The translations under genes were made by a program, and so were the position numbers. Of a DNA stretch of 64,000 nt, positions 19,110-28,933 are shown piece after piece (the stretch's first letter is position 1; each line of letters starts with the position of its first letter). The DNA comes from Candidatus Anderseniibacteriota bacterium (GTDB taxonomy: Bacteria > Patescibacteriota > Andersenbacteria > UBA10190). The notes below the pieces were generated by a model that saw only the letters and a program-made list of their open reading frames with translations, ran no database searches and had not been told where the DNA came from. The DNA lies in NCBI GenBank assembly GCA_040876835.1, contig JBBDOX010000016.1, forward strand, positions 98,875 to 162,874, in the 5' to 3' direction.

Positions 19110-20248
19110 AAATCGCCTTTGTCACTACGCAGACGCTTGCCGGTTCCACTGTTGTTGGGCGTGTCCTCCCGCTTGCGAAAAAACTCGCCGGCACGCACGA
19201 AGTTTATATGTTTGTACATGAGAGTGGCGTAGAGCTCCCTGATGAAATAAAAATTGAAAGTATTGGAAAAGATCCGTTCATTCGTACAGCTTCGGGCAAG
19301 AAAAGATTGCGCGGCATAGCTCTTATAGGACGGATGCTGTTAAACGCCTGGCAAACACTTTTAGCACTGGTTCATGTTCAGCCTGATGTGGCTATTATTG
19401 TTAAACCGCTCCCTCAAAATGTATTGGCAGTTTGGTTGTGGCATCTCTTTAACTCGAAACGAAGGGTAATTTTAGATGTCGACGACTTTGAACTAACAGC
19501 CAACGACCTCGCATCAGTCTATCAGCGAGCGACAGTTCACTGGGCAGAGCGCAGCGGGGCATCAATATCATCCGCTATTGCTACCGCAACTCCTTTTCTC
19601 GAAGACCACTTTCGACAGCTTACCGCGGCGAAAAAACATATAGAGCTCCTTCCAACTCCTTTACCACTGAGCATATCAAGAATTGTTAGTGACTCTTCTC
19701 TGCACACCTTGCTATACATCGGAAGTGTTTCCAGATCCTCAGGACATCGTGTGGATTTACTACCTGAAATTCTTGAGTATGTGCGTCGGGAAATCCCAAA
19801 CGTCACGCTTACAATTGCCGGCTCGGGAGATGATATAGAGGGTTTAAAAAAACAATTTGAAGCCAAGGGCCTTACGTCAGCCGTAACATGGCTAGGGCGA
19901 TTCTCATTCAATCAAGTTCCTCAGATACTTTCTGAAACCGCAGTGATCATTGATCCGATTGACGGCAGTATTGTGAATCGTTCAAAAAGCAGTTTTCGTG
20001 TCGCCCTAGCAGCAGCCGTCGGAATGCCAATCGTAACCAGTAATATTGGAATTCGTCCCCTACTTCTGCCGGAACATCTTCATACGCGCTTTTTTGCTCA
20101 ACCTGGTGACGCCACATCATACGCAAAACAAGTCATTGACCTGCTCGAAAGTCCGCTATCCACACAAGATGGTGACAGTTTACTTGCACGGGCAGGGCAG
20201 AACACTCCGGAAACCATGGCCCAGGCGTACGGAAAACTCCTCGTCTAG
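19106..20248 (+). CDS. GT4-like glycosyltransferase, divergent
   Basis: GT-B layout; LDVDD, LYIGS, IAGSG, ALAAAVGMPIVTS. Confidence 0.75.
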   Translation: MKIAFVTTQTLAGSTVVGRVLPLAKKLAGTHEVYMFVHESGVELPDEIKIESIGKDPFIRTASGKKRLRGIALIGRMLLNAWQTLLALVHVQPDVAIIVKPLPQNVLAVWLWHLFNSKRRVILDVDDFELTANDLASVYQRATVHWAERSGASISSAIATATPFLEDHFRQLTAAKKHIELLPTPLPLSISRIVSDSSLHTLLYIGSVSRSSGHRVDLLPEILEYVRREIPNVTLTIAGSGDDIEGLKKQFEAKGLTSAVTWLGRFSFNQVPQILSETAVIIDPIDGSIVNRSKSSFRVALAAAVGMPIVTSNIGIRPLLLPEHLHTRFFAQPGDATSYAKQVIDLLESPLSTQDGDSLLARAGQNTPETMAQAYGKLLV

Positions 20249-20288
20249 CTCCTTTCGATGTTGGCTTGAATCGCTGTATGCTATCCGT

Positions 20289-22628
20289 ATGTTAACTGAG
20301 CTTAATTTTTGGCAGGCAATATGGGTCGTTATCCTGCCTTTGCTCGTTATTGCTGTTCCCGGAAAATTCCTGGTTTCTTTTTCGAACCCGCGCAATATTG
20401 CAGCAACAGCCGTACATATTTTTGTATCTAGTTTAAGTATCTGGACTCTTGGCGCACTGCTGCTGACAGTTATTCATCTGCCATTAAGTGTTTTTTATGG
20501 GATTGGCATTGTTGTCTGTCTAGGGTTGCTATGGTGGCATCGTTACCAGTTATTCCAGCTTAAAACTCTATGGTATGTACTGGCGATTACTCTCCCTCTC
20601 CTTATTACCTATGCCGCCTTTACGATTCCGTATCTACGCATTCACAACGGACTACCCACCGGGGATTCTCAGAAAGCGATTTACTGGGCTCAAGATGTCT
20701 TGGAGCGCCCTGCTTTACCTGACTACAGTCGAGCGCCGGCGGTATTGAATAGAGATCCGGTTGATTTCTTTACGCCCGGACTGCATTCCCTGGTTGCTGC
20801 GGTTATGGACCTTTCTCCTGCTCCACTTATGTCTGTGGGCTTACTCGCCCTCGTTATATCTGTCGCAGTGGCGTTTCTGGCTGCGGCAATAATTAAGGAG
20901 CTATTTGATGATTACCCCCATATTATTCCACCGCTTCTAGCCGCAGTTTTTGTACTGACCAATTTTCGCTTTCTACGGTATATTCGTGAGCCAGGATACC
21001 ATTTCCAGAATCTCGTCGGGGAGTTCTTTCTATTTGCGTTAGTGTTCTATGGTCTGCGATTCATAAAGAAAAAGAAAACCAGTGATGTGATTCTGGGAGT
21101 AGCTGCGGGTCTTTCGCTTATCTTTACTCACCAGTTCTCAGCATTTATCGCTCCTTTCGTTTTAATACCGATTGTTATTGCGGCTTTAGTCAAAGACCGT
21201 CAACATATCCGGCAGTTCTTTTGGAAGCACGTTGCAGCCGCCGTTGCCTTGATGATCGCCGCTGCCATCATCATCGGAGGCGGGTTTCTCCTGGGGCTTC
21301 ACCAAAAAATTCCGCACATTTTCTCTAGCGACCCACATCTCATTTCTCTTGTTCGCCCGCTCACGGAATACCCACTCACCATGGGATCTATATGGTTTGT
21401 AAGCGGTATTGCCGGATTTATTCTCATGTTGTGGCAGGCGAAGAAATATCAGGCACACTATGAGGCGGTTTGGGCCTTCGCCGGAGTGACGCTGGTTATC
21501 CTTCTGCTTTCGCAGGGCCCGCGACTATATATCGATATTCCTCCCGTTCGCGCCCTCCTGTACTCGATCGTGCCGTTGAGTATTGGCGCCGCATATTTCT
21601 TTGCCAAGCTCCTGCAGACTATTCGAATGTCAAATAGTCTGCTCATTCGCTTCGTACTTACGGGCATCTGGCTGGTAGTGATATTCTTTCCCGCATGGTC
21701 ATCAACGGGTAGGGCGTTTACAACAACTAGTCACACTGTTCAAACGAACTCGACGCTAACTCCTGAGCAACTCGTTCTTGTTGATGCAATAAAGGAACAG
21801 ACCACCGATCCCACAGCTGGGATACTCATTGATGATTATAACCGTCGCAGCAGTTCCTGGTTAATTCTCTCGGGGCAACCAATGTACACCAGAATCGCTG
21901 CGGATATTGAACGACAGATGGAGGAGGCTGAGCAGTCGCCGACTCGAGAAGAGCTATATCTTACTCTTCTGGATTACGAGAAAATATTTTCATTGGGTAG
22001 CAGGCCTGAACTGATTCACCTGCTCTACAAGCACAACATTCACTGGGTTACGGGAATATCAAAAAGCAGCAATACGTCTTTCGCAAAAAACCCTGCTTTA
22101 GCTCCAGTGGCCACCGACGGAGACATTACGCTGTATAGCCCAGAAGAGGCTGTGTCGTGCGAAATTAATTCTCGCTGCGCCTGGCTTCTTCGGGCCAGCA
22201 CCCTCGTTAATGATATCGGGGATAACGAAGATACGTTCGAACATCTACCAGCCAGTATTCGCGCTGCCCGCTTATCAACTCCTCAGCAAAACATTACATC
22301 CACCTTCCGAACCACCACTGCACCAATTATTCCCTTGGCATTTAATGTTGGGGACTTTGCTCGTATTTTGTGGGATAAGGAGCACACTGGCCGCCCAGAT
22401 ACGGCGGTCGAACTGATGATCGAATTTGCTTACACGCCTTCTAACCCCCTAACTATCCTAACAGCGACCGGAGTACCCTACCCCATCCCGCCCACAGGAG
22501 TAATCCGAATTCCCGGGCGTGAGGTGCCTTTCGATGAGCGCGGATTTATAACCCTGAGTGTACAAAACCCCGCGCAGGAACTTGTCGCAATTGATATGAT
22601 TGCCTTAGGGTTAAGCCACATTCCATGA
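20289..22628 (+). CDS. Large multi-pass membrane protein, probable GT-C fold
   Basis: Many TM segments, loop LPTGDSQ..FFTPGLH, C-terminal soluble domain; start moved to ATG 6 nt after TATGCT. Confidence 0.6.
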   Translation: MLTELNFWQAIWVVILPLLVIAVPGKFLVSFSNPRNIAATAVHIFVSSLSIWTLGALLLTVIHLPLSVFYGIGIVVCLGLLWWHRYQLFQLKTLWYVLAITLPLLITYAAFTIPYLRIHNGLPTGDSQKAIYWAQDVLERPALPDYSRAPAVLNRDPVDFFTPGLHSLVAAVMDLSPAPLMSVGLLALVISVAVAFLAAAIIKELFDDYPHIIPPLLAAVFVLTNFRFLRYIREPGYHFQNLVGEFFLFALVFYGLRFIKKKKTSDVILGVAAGLSLIFTHQFSAFIAPFVLIPIVIAALVKDRQHIRQFFWKHVAAAVALMIAAAIIIGGGFLLGLHQKIPHIFSSDPHLISLVRPLTEYPLTMGSIWFVSGIAGFILMLWQAKKYQAHYEAVWAFAGVTLVILLLSQGPRLYIDIPPVRALLYSIVPLSIGAAYFFAKLLQTIRMSNSLLIRFVLTGIWLVVIFFPAWSSTGRAFTTTSHTVQTNSTLTPEQLVLVDAIKEQTTDPTAGILIDDYNRRSSSWLILSGQPMYTRIAADIERQMEEAEQSPTREELYLTLLDYEKIFSLGSRPELIHLLYKHNIHWVTGISKSSNTSFAKNPALAPVATDGDITLYSPEEAVSCEINSRCAWLLRASTLVNDIGDNEDTFEHLPASIRAARLSTPQQNITSTFRTTTAPIIPLAFNVGDFARILWDKEHTGRPDTAVELMIEFAYTPSNPLTILTATGVPYPIPPTGVIRIPGREVPFDERGFITLSVQNPAQELVAIDMIALGLSHIP

Positions 22629-24076
22629 AACAATCACGACTCACTGGTGCTGTCTTTCTGATGGGAGCCCAAGCTTTTGTGCTCGGCTTGGGATATATCA
22701 CACACCTCATCATTGGACGATTGTTGGGGCCGGGGCCATACGGCGTCTATGGCGTCGTGCTGTCCATACAGTCAATTTTGGGAATATTCTTGGCCCTTGG
22801 AGTACCAAGTGCCGTATCGCGTTTTGTAGCTCAAGATGAGCAGCACGCTAAAAGTATCTTACGTCAGGCGCTCAGACTACAGGCATATATCGCCGTTGGG
22901 TTATCTCTCAGTACAGTTCTACTCGCTCCAGTTATTGCTCGGATACTAAACGATACCAACCTGACGCCGATTATCTACTTTGTTGCATTGGTTATCTTCT
23001 CTCAAGCGTTTTATCAAGTGCACGCTCAGTTCTTAAGTGGCATGCACTTTTTCAATCGGCAGGCAGCACTAACATCTCTGTATGCTGTGGCCAAACTTGT
23101 TGGAGCCTTGGCTCTCATCTTTGTGTTCGGAGTGTACGGAGCCTTCGCTGGCTTTATTGTCGGAGGTACCATTGCAGCGGCTGTGGGGTGGTACTGGACG
23201 AAAAAAGTTGGCGGCGATCGACACAAAAAACTACCAATGAAGTCTTTTCTTTCTTTCGCCGGAATCTACGTTCTGATTCTTGTTGGTCTCCAGCTACTCA
23301 TGAGCCTGGATTTATTTATGGTCAAGGCTCTTTTACAGGATGATGTGCAGGCAGGCTATTATAATGCGGCCGTAACCCTGTCACGTATTTCCTACTTCAT
23401 TCTCCAAGGGCTGACTTATATTATTCTGCCCAGTGTCTCCGCTCTAACCAAACCGGGAATGTCACATGATAAGGCGGCTGCATTTATTCGTGACGTCCTG
23501 CGGTATTTAATCGCCCTTATAGTTCCCAGCGTTGCTTTGGCGGCAGCAACCAGTAAGAATCTCATTATTCTGTTCCTCTCTCGTGAATATTTACCTGCCG
23601 CACCTCTCCTCACAGTGTTGATGGTGGGTCTAGGCGGGTTAGCCTTTTATCTCCTGCTCACAACAATTGTCGCAGGAGCCGGTAAGGCCAAGATTGGGCT
23701 GTATATTACAGTTGGACTCATTGTGTTGAGCGCTATCCTGGGCACCATTCTAATACCTCGTTTTGGCTTAATCGGCGGCGCCTGGCAAACAACAATTACC
23801 TCGCTCGTGGGGCTACTAGTCCTGGGAGTATATTCTTTCCGAACTTTCAGCATTCCTGTGCCGGTGAAAAGTGTTATTAACATTATTATTGCTACCGGCA
23901 TCGCTGTTGCGCCGACATATGTCTGGTCAGCTCCCTCGCTTCTACTACCAGTCCAATACGTCGTTTTGCTGTTGCTGTATATTATTGCGCTATGGGTTCT
24001 GGGTGAAATTTCAGTCAAGGATCGCACGTATCTTGCTTCTCTGCATCCGAAGCTTAAGTGGGTGATTAAGAAGTAG
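22625..24076 (+). CDS. Wzx/MATE-like oligosaccharide flippase
   Basis: GRLLGPGPYGVYG, DLFMVK...AGYYNAA, LIPRFGLIGGA. Confidence 0.88.
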   Translation: MKQSRLTGAVFLMGAQAFVLGLGYITHLIIGRLLGPGPYGVYGVVLSIQSILGIFLALGVPSAVSRFVAQDEQHAKSILRQALRLQAYIAVGLSLSTVLLAPVIARILNDTNLTPIIYFVALVIFSQAFYQVHAQFLSGMHFFNRQAALTSLYAVAKLVGALALIFVFGVYGAFAGFIVGGTIAAAVGWYWTKKVGGDRHKKLPMKSFLSFAGIYVLILVGLQLLMSLDLFMVKALLQDDVQAGYYNAAVTLSRISYFILQGLTYIILPSVSALTKPGMSHDKAAAFIRDVLRYLIALIVPSVALAAATSKNLIILFLSREYLPAAPLLTVLMVGLGGLAFYLLLTTIVAGAGKAKIGLYITVGLIVLSAILGTILIPRFGLIGGAWQTTITSLVGLLVLGVYSFRTFSIPVPVKSVINIIIATGIAVAPTYVWSAPSLLLPVQYVVLLLLYIIALWVLGEISVKDRTYLASLHPKLKWVIKK

Positions 24077-24079
24077 TAT

Positions 24080-24664
24080 ATGAACGCTGGTCTGCAAATA
24101 CTTATCACCTTAATTGCCGCGGTTATAATAACCGGCGGTATATTTGCGTTATCGCTAGTTCTGTCCGGGGAGCGAGCATACGGATTAATCGAGAACATCG
24201 ACGGGGTTCCTTTTACCGTGGCTAATGAGGCAACACTGGTCACGGAAAAACTTGCCCACCTTGATGTGTACTTACGGGAACCTGCATTGTTTAAGCGACT
24301 AGTCATAACTGTGGAATTCGACCCGCAGAACCTGCGGCAACTAGATGTAGGAGTTCGAGAAGGAGAGTTTTGGCTGAGCTATCCCAGGCATACGATTTAT
24401 GACGCTTTGCAGCACACGTCGGGTCGCAAAAGTATAACTATTCCAATTAACCTTACAGACAAGTTGCAAGATTCAGATCGTTCAGTTGACGTAATGTTCT
24501 TTGCTGCAGCCGAAGGGGCAACCTCAAAGGAGGATGAAGGCGTTGATGATACTGCGCTGTGGGAGTTGTATAACTTCACAGCACATACGGAGTTTACGTT
24601 TCCAACTACAGATGAGATGAAAGATTACATCCGCAGCGTTATTAAGCGCGAGCGACCCCTGTAA
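24080..24664 (+). CDS. Membrane-anchored hypothetical protein
   Basis: Single N-terminal TM helix followed by a beta-rich soluble domain; operonic spacing. Confidence 0.7.
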   Translation: MNAGLQILITLIAAVIITGGIFALSLVLSGERAYGLIENIDGVPFTVANEATLVTEKLAHLDVYLREPALFKRLVITVEFDPQNLRQLDVGVREGEFWLSYPRHTIYDALQHTSGRKSITIPINLTDKLQDSDRSVDVMFFAAAEGATSKEDEGVDDTALWELYNFTAHTEFTFPTTDEMKDYIRSVIKRERPL

Positions 24665-24667
24665 TAT

Positions 24668-24835
24668 ATGGTAAATACTTTTACAGACCGTGTATTTTGG
24701 ACACTCTTGATTGCCATCGGAATCATTGCTGCTGCCCGTTGGCTACATCCCGCAACTTTTAGCGTGCAAACATTTCTGGTCGTGACTGTGATTACCTTTA
24801 TTGTGGGGGTTCTGTATCTTAAAAAATCCTCCTAA
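24668..24835 (+). CDS. Small two-TM membrane protein (55 aa), absent from the ORF track
   Basis: MVNTFTDRVFWTLLIAIGIIAAARWLHPATFSVQTFLVVTVITFIVGVLYLKKSS; fills the gap and has a TAATG overlap with the next gene. Confidence 0.75.
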   Translation: MVNTFTDRVFWTLLIAIGIIAAARWLHPATFSVQTFLVVTVITFIVGVLYLKKSS

Positions 24836-26055
24836 TGCTGTCCTCGCGTACAATATTTGGCTTTCTAGCTATTCTCCTGGGACTGGTATTGTGCCTGGTG
24901 CGAGCTGATCGCCAATTCATTTTCCTAGCTCCAACTGAAGGCTCCCCACACACCGTAACACTCAAAAACAACACTACCTATGCTCAAGAATTCTCGGTCT
25001 ATGAAGACTCTATCAGTGTGTTGGCGCTTTACCTTCGTCCTCTTCAGCGGAACCTTCCTGCAGATTCTGTTCAGGTTGAACTATTACAAGATGGCGAAGT
25101 CGTCAGTAGTCACGCCGTTCCAGGGATATTTCTTGATCCTGATTCCTCGGCGCAAATTCCTGTTGACCCTCCCCTTCACGTAACTCCAGGGCAAAAGCTA
25201 ACAGTCCAGATAACAGTACCTGCAACTCTTAGTGAAAAAGTTGGTGTTCAGCTGCGGCAGCCAGATGAAACGTTTAACATCCAGGACACTACGTTTTCTA
25301 TCGATGGAGTAGTCCAGGATGCACCATTGGCCTACCAGGTATTTCAACAGACGATTCCTGTTTTTCCTCTTCAGGTTGGTGGATTATTAATTTTGACAGG
25401 AATATACCTGCTAGCACAGCAGTATTTACGCAGACGCCCCGAAGTGCAGCTAGGATTCGTCGCCGGCGCTAGTGTCTTGTACTCTCTGCCGTTGATATTG
25501 TCTGGCAGAGTATCGATTACCCTTATTGTTCTTCAGGTTGTCGCTGCGTTACTGACAGCTGTCGCGCTACGGCGGCATCAACTTTCCCTGCCCGCAATTA
25601 TGCTTGGCAGTCTGGTATTTGCGCTTACCACCTGGTGGGTAATGCATGTAGTGGGGTCATCATTATCCTTTGATCCGTTATCGATAAAGGATGCCCTGTG
25701 GGACCCCAATCAGGTCGTCTCTTCGCATGCTGCGGGATCCTATATCGGTATCCCTGCTACGCTTCTGGCAATACTTGGAATTATTACTGCCGGCAGACGG
25801 TTTATGAGCTTTATTTACATTGCCTTACTCACCAGTCTTCTGACATTTTTACAGCCCATTGCCATTCCGCATCTTGTTATCATCCCCGTATTTATATTAA
25901 GCTGGTTTGCCTCTTTCGGACTTGAAGCTCTGTATGTCTTCCTGGGCAAAAAAACGCTGATATCAGATGTGCTGATTATCGCTCTTGCTGTTATTGTCCT
26001 CCTTGATCTATATACGGTGGGCTCTGCTTCACTTCAATCAACACTGTCCTTATGA
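24835..26055 (+). CDS. Membrane protein with N-terminal extracytoplasmic beta domain (YfhO-like fragment)
   Basis: TM helix, ~130-aa beta-rich domain, then about 7 TM segments; SYIG motif. Confidence 0.6.
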   Translation: MLSSRTIFGFLAILLGLVLCLVRADRQFIFLAPTEGSPHTVTLKNNTTYAQEFSVYEDSISVLALYLRPLQRNLPADSVQVELLQDGEVVSSHAVPGIFLDPDSSAQIPVDPPLHVTPGQKLTVQITVPATLSEKVGVQLRQPDETFNIQDTTFSIDGVVQDAPLAYQVFQQTIPVFPLQVGGLLILTGIYLLAQQYLRRRPEVQLGFVAGASVLYSLPLILSGRVSITLIVLQVVAALLTAVALRRHQLSLPAIMLGSLVFALTTWWVMHVVGSSLSFDPLSIKDALWDPNQVVSSHAAGSYIGIPATLLAILGIITAGRRFMSFIYIALLTSLLTFLQPIAIPHLVIIPVFILSWFASFGLEALYVFLGKKTLISDVLIIALAVIVLLDLYTVGSASLQSTLSL

Positions 26056-27635
26056 GCGTCAAATCAACAACCGAATTTCAGCAAACAGCCAGCAGTGCCG
26101 GAGTGATCGGTTTGGCTGCCTTTGGCGGAGCGCTAGTGGGCTTTGTCCTACAACTCCTCGTTGCCTATTACTTTGGAGCTGGCGGAACAACGGATGCCTT
26201 CTTTATGGCGCAGTCGACTTCCGAGCTACTGGGAAAATTACTGATGGGAGGATCAATCACGGCCGTGTTCATTCCCATGTTCGTCGAACGACTGACGAAA
26301 GGTAAAAAAACCGATGCCTGGAGTTTGGCTCTAAACATCCTGCACCTCATGGCGGCTTTATATCTGATATTCATTGTTCTGCTACTTGCCTTTACTCGAC
26401 CGTTTGTGGCGTTTATAGCGCCTGGATTTACTGGAGAAACATTTGACCTAACTGTTACGCTCCTGCGGGTATTACTGCCCTCCTTCTTTTTCCTCTTCCT
26501 AGTTGAACTAGCGACATCAATGCTGCATTCCCTGCGCCAGTTTGCTCTTCCTGCACTCCTACGAGTGGTTGCTCCCGTGACATCTATTGTAACAATTATT
26601 CTCTCGGTACAACTGCTCGGCATCTACTCGTTGGCCCTGGGCACTGTCATTGGTGCAATTCTACAGTTTAGTATTCTGGCCTGGGGCTTGCGACGCCAAG
26701 GCCTAACATATCGCTTCATCTTTGCGCCCAAAGACCCAGCCATCCGACGCCTGCTGCAGCTGGTTTACCCTTTCATCTTTTCGGTTTTGGTGACTCAGGG
26801 AGCGGGCATTGTGTATCGTATTCTGGTGTCCGACTTAAGTTCTGGGAGCTTAGCATCACTAAAGTTTGCCGAGAAGATTACGCAACTACTAATGATTATG
26901 TTCCTCAATTCGGTAACCCTTGTGATCTATCCCCTGTTGTCAGAAAAAGCCGGCAAGAAAGATGCACCGGGGATGCAGGAGACAATGGCTTCAGCAATCC
27001 GCCTCATTTTCTTTGTGACCATTCCGTTGGTCATTGGCGTTGCCCTGCTACGAGATCCGCTAATTGATGCTGTATACGAGCGCGGCTCCTTTAGTGCTGA
27101 AGATGCTGCTATGACAAGCATCGCGCTTCTCTTCTTAGTTATTGGCCTAACCACGAACGGTATAAGTTCCGTTTTCGGACATGCAGTACTCGCCCTGCAG
27201 CAGACACGTGCGGCAGTAGCCGTGACGGTTGCCTCTCAGGTGATCGCTATTGCGTTGTTTGTTCTCCTTGTTCCCCCGATGCAGCACGCAGGCTTGGCCT
27301 TAGCCTCTTCCTTGGTGCCAGTGAGTGCTGCTTTACTGTATTTTCTGTACTTGCGACGCCATGTGCCAAATATGTCATTAATCTTTGTTCATCGCACCTA
27401 TGCAAAAACAGCCGTACTGGCAATAGCACTTGCTGCCGCTATTATATTGTCGCTTGCTCTGGTTCGACAGCTCCCACTTCCGTCCGGAGTTAGTTCTTTC
27501 GCAAGCTTGGTCATCCCGAGCGTTATTGGAGCTCTGCTCTTCTTTGGCGGAGCGTATCTCTGGAAGGTACAAGAAATGCATGAGGTTCTGGGTATTGTGC
27601 AGGGTAAAGTTGCCAAATGGCGTCAGGCGCCGTAA
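26052..27635 (+). CDS. murJ: Lipid II flippase MurJ (MviN)
   Basis: AYYFGAGGTTDAFFMA, FIPMF, IAPGF, YERGSFSAED, HAGLALASS. Confidence 0.88.
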   Translation: MSVKSTTEFQQTASSAGVIGLAAFGGALVGFVLQLLVAYYFGAGGTTDAFFMAQSTSELLGKLLMGGSITAVFIPMFVERLTKGKKTDAWSLALNILHLMAALYLIFIVLLLAFTRPFVAFIAPGFTGETFDLTVTLLRVLLPSFFFLFLVELATSMLHSLRQFALPALLRVVAPVTSIVTIILSVQLLGIYSLALGTVIGAILQFSILAWGLRRQGLTYRFIFAPKDPAIRRLLQLVYPFIFSVLVTQGAGIVYRILVSDLSSGSLASLKFAEKITQLLMIMFLNSVTLVIYPLLSEKAGKKDAPGMQETMASAIRLIFFVTIPLVIGVALLRDPLIDAVYERGSFSAEDAAMTSIALLFLVIGLTTNGISSVFGHAVLALQQTRAAVAVTVASQVIAIALFVLLVPPMQHAGLALASSLVPVSAALLYFLYLRRHVPNMSLIFVHRTYAKTAVLAIALAAAIILSLALVRQLPLPSGVSSFASLVIPSVIGALLFFGGAYLWKVQEMHEVLGIVQGKVAKWRQAP

Positions 27636-27651
27636 GATCGTTATTCTTTCG

Positions 27652-27798
27652 TTACTTGTTCAAATCCCGCGTAAAGCGTTCGTCGATATTCTCCTGCAGT
27701 TTGGTAAGCTGATTTTGAACTTGACCCGCAAACAGCGCAAGATCTCCGTGGGTTGCTAAGATATCGTCGTGAATATCGGACGTGCCTTTTTTAACCAT
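27652..27798 (-). CDS. Small coiled-coil protein (48 aa), possibly a truncated relative of 2647-3054
   Basis: MVKKGTSDIHDDILATHGDLALFAGQVQNQLTKLQENIDERFTRDLNK; TATAGT 6 nt before the ATG. Confidence 0.5.
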   Translation of the reverse strand: MVKKGTSDIHDDILATHGDLALFAGQVQNQLTKLQENIDERFTRDLNK

Positions 27799-27840
27799 AT
27801 GTGTACTATACCGCAGCTGATTTAATGCTAAAGTGTATTC

Positions 27841-28929
27841 ATGAAATTCGCCGTTATTGAATATAGCTCCAAAACAGGCGCAATCTGGAAGCATACTTCA
27901 GAGCGGCCAAACTATCTGTGTGACCCAGTAAAGGAGATTGATCCAACCAGTTTTGGCTGCTATGTATCAGCCCTGCAAGGTGAGCATATTCCCCTCCTAG
28001 CCCTTATTAAGCCCAATTTCTATAAAAAGGTAATAAAGCGCCTAAGTGGATCCTGGCCCGGCCAGTACGATCTCTCCTACTTAGAGCCCTTTGATGCGCT
28101 CCTAGTGGTTTATCAGATAAGTGATGGACATGAGATGGTACGGCTTGTTAAGCGTCTTAAAAAGGAGTTTCCCGACAAGGTCATCGTGGGGGTGCCGACT
28201 CAGCCATGGGGCTTGTTAGAAATACACTGGAACAAGAACCCTCAAGCTAAATCTGAGATAGTTGATTTCATGAATGCCTGTGACGTGTTTCTGACAATTG
28301 TTAAGAGCACTCAGGAGCGCTGGCAGGCCATGACAAAAACTCCTGTAGAATACCTCCCTCAACCCTATCCCGTTGAGTATGCCGAACGTCATTTTCTTTC
28401 AAGAGAGAGAAAGGATAACGTAATTTTCGTCGCAGGTGTAACTGACCGGCCGAATATCATAAAAGGCCACCGCATTGCTAAACAATTGCAGCAGGAGTTT
28501 CCGGAATACGTTATTCACGTTACAAAAATTGATGGTATGCCGCTTGATACCTCAGAGTTGGAAGGGTCGCCGTACAAGGTTATGCCATTCGAGTTGTGGC
28601 AAGAACATCTTTGGTCTATGTCGAAGGTGAAACTGGTTATAAATACCGACTACACGCAAACACGCGGGCGAGTACAGGTTGACTGTGCTGCAGTGGGGAC
28701 TCCAAGCATTGGAGCAGACTCCGACGGCCAAATCGATCTGTTTTCTGACCTGCCTGCGGACAGTAAACAGACAGAAGAAGAGCTGCTTGCTCAAGCACGT
28801 CGTCTTCTAATCGAGCCTGAATTTTATGATGCAGTGGCGCAAAAGGCAAAAGAAAGATTACGAGCATGTAATTATGAGGAATCAGCTAGGCGTCTAACAG
28901 CCGTGATTCAAAGGTTTCGGCAACAATAA
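27841..28929 (+). CDS. Divergent GT-B (GT4-like) glycosyltransferase
   Basis: C-terminal TRGRVQVDCAAVGTPSIG resembles the GT4 ExxAxGxP motif. Confidence 0.6.
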   Translation: MKFAVIEYSSKTGAIWKHTSERPNYLCDPVKEIDPTSFGCYVSALQGEHIPLLALIKPNFYKKVIKRLSGSWPGQYDLSYLEPFDALLVVYQISDGHEMVRLVKRLKKEFPDKVIVGVPTQPWGLLEIHWNKNPQAKSEIVDFMNACDVFLTIVKSTQERWQAMTKTPVEYLPQPYPVEYAERHFLSRERKDNVIFVAGVTDRPNIIKGHRIAKQLQQEFPEYVIHVTKIDGMPLDTSELEGSPYKVMPFELWQEHLWSMSKVKLVINTDYTQTRGRVQVDCAAVGTPSIGADSDGQIDLFSDLPADSKQTEEELLAQARRLLIEPEFYDAVAQKAKERLRACNYEESARRLTAVIQRFRQQ

Positions 28930-28933
28930 ATAT

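Noticed and set aside
20046-20288. N-terminal extensions in the ORF track (also 38510-38899, 14374-14430, 13357-13392)
   Set aside because: They overlap neighbouring genes; downstream ATGs fit domain boundaries, and -10 spacing where present
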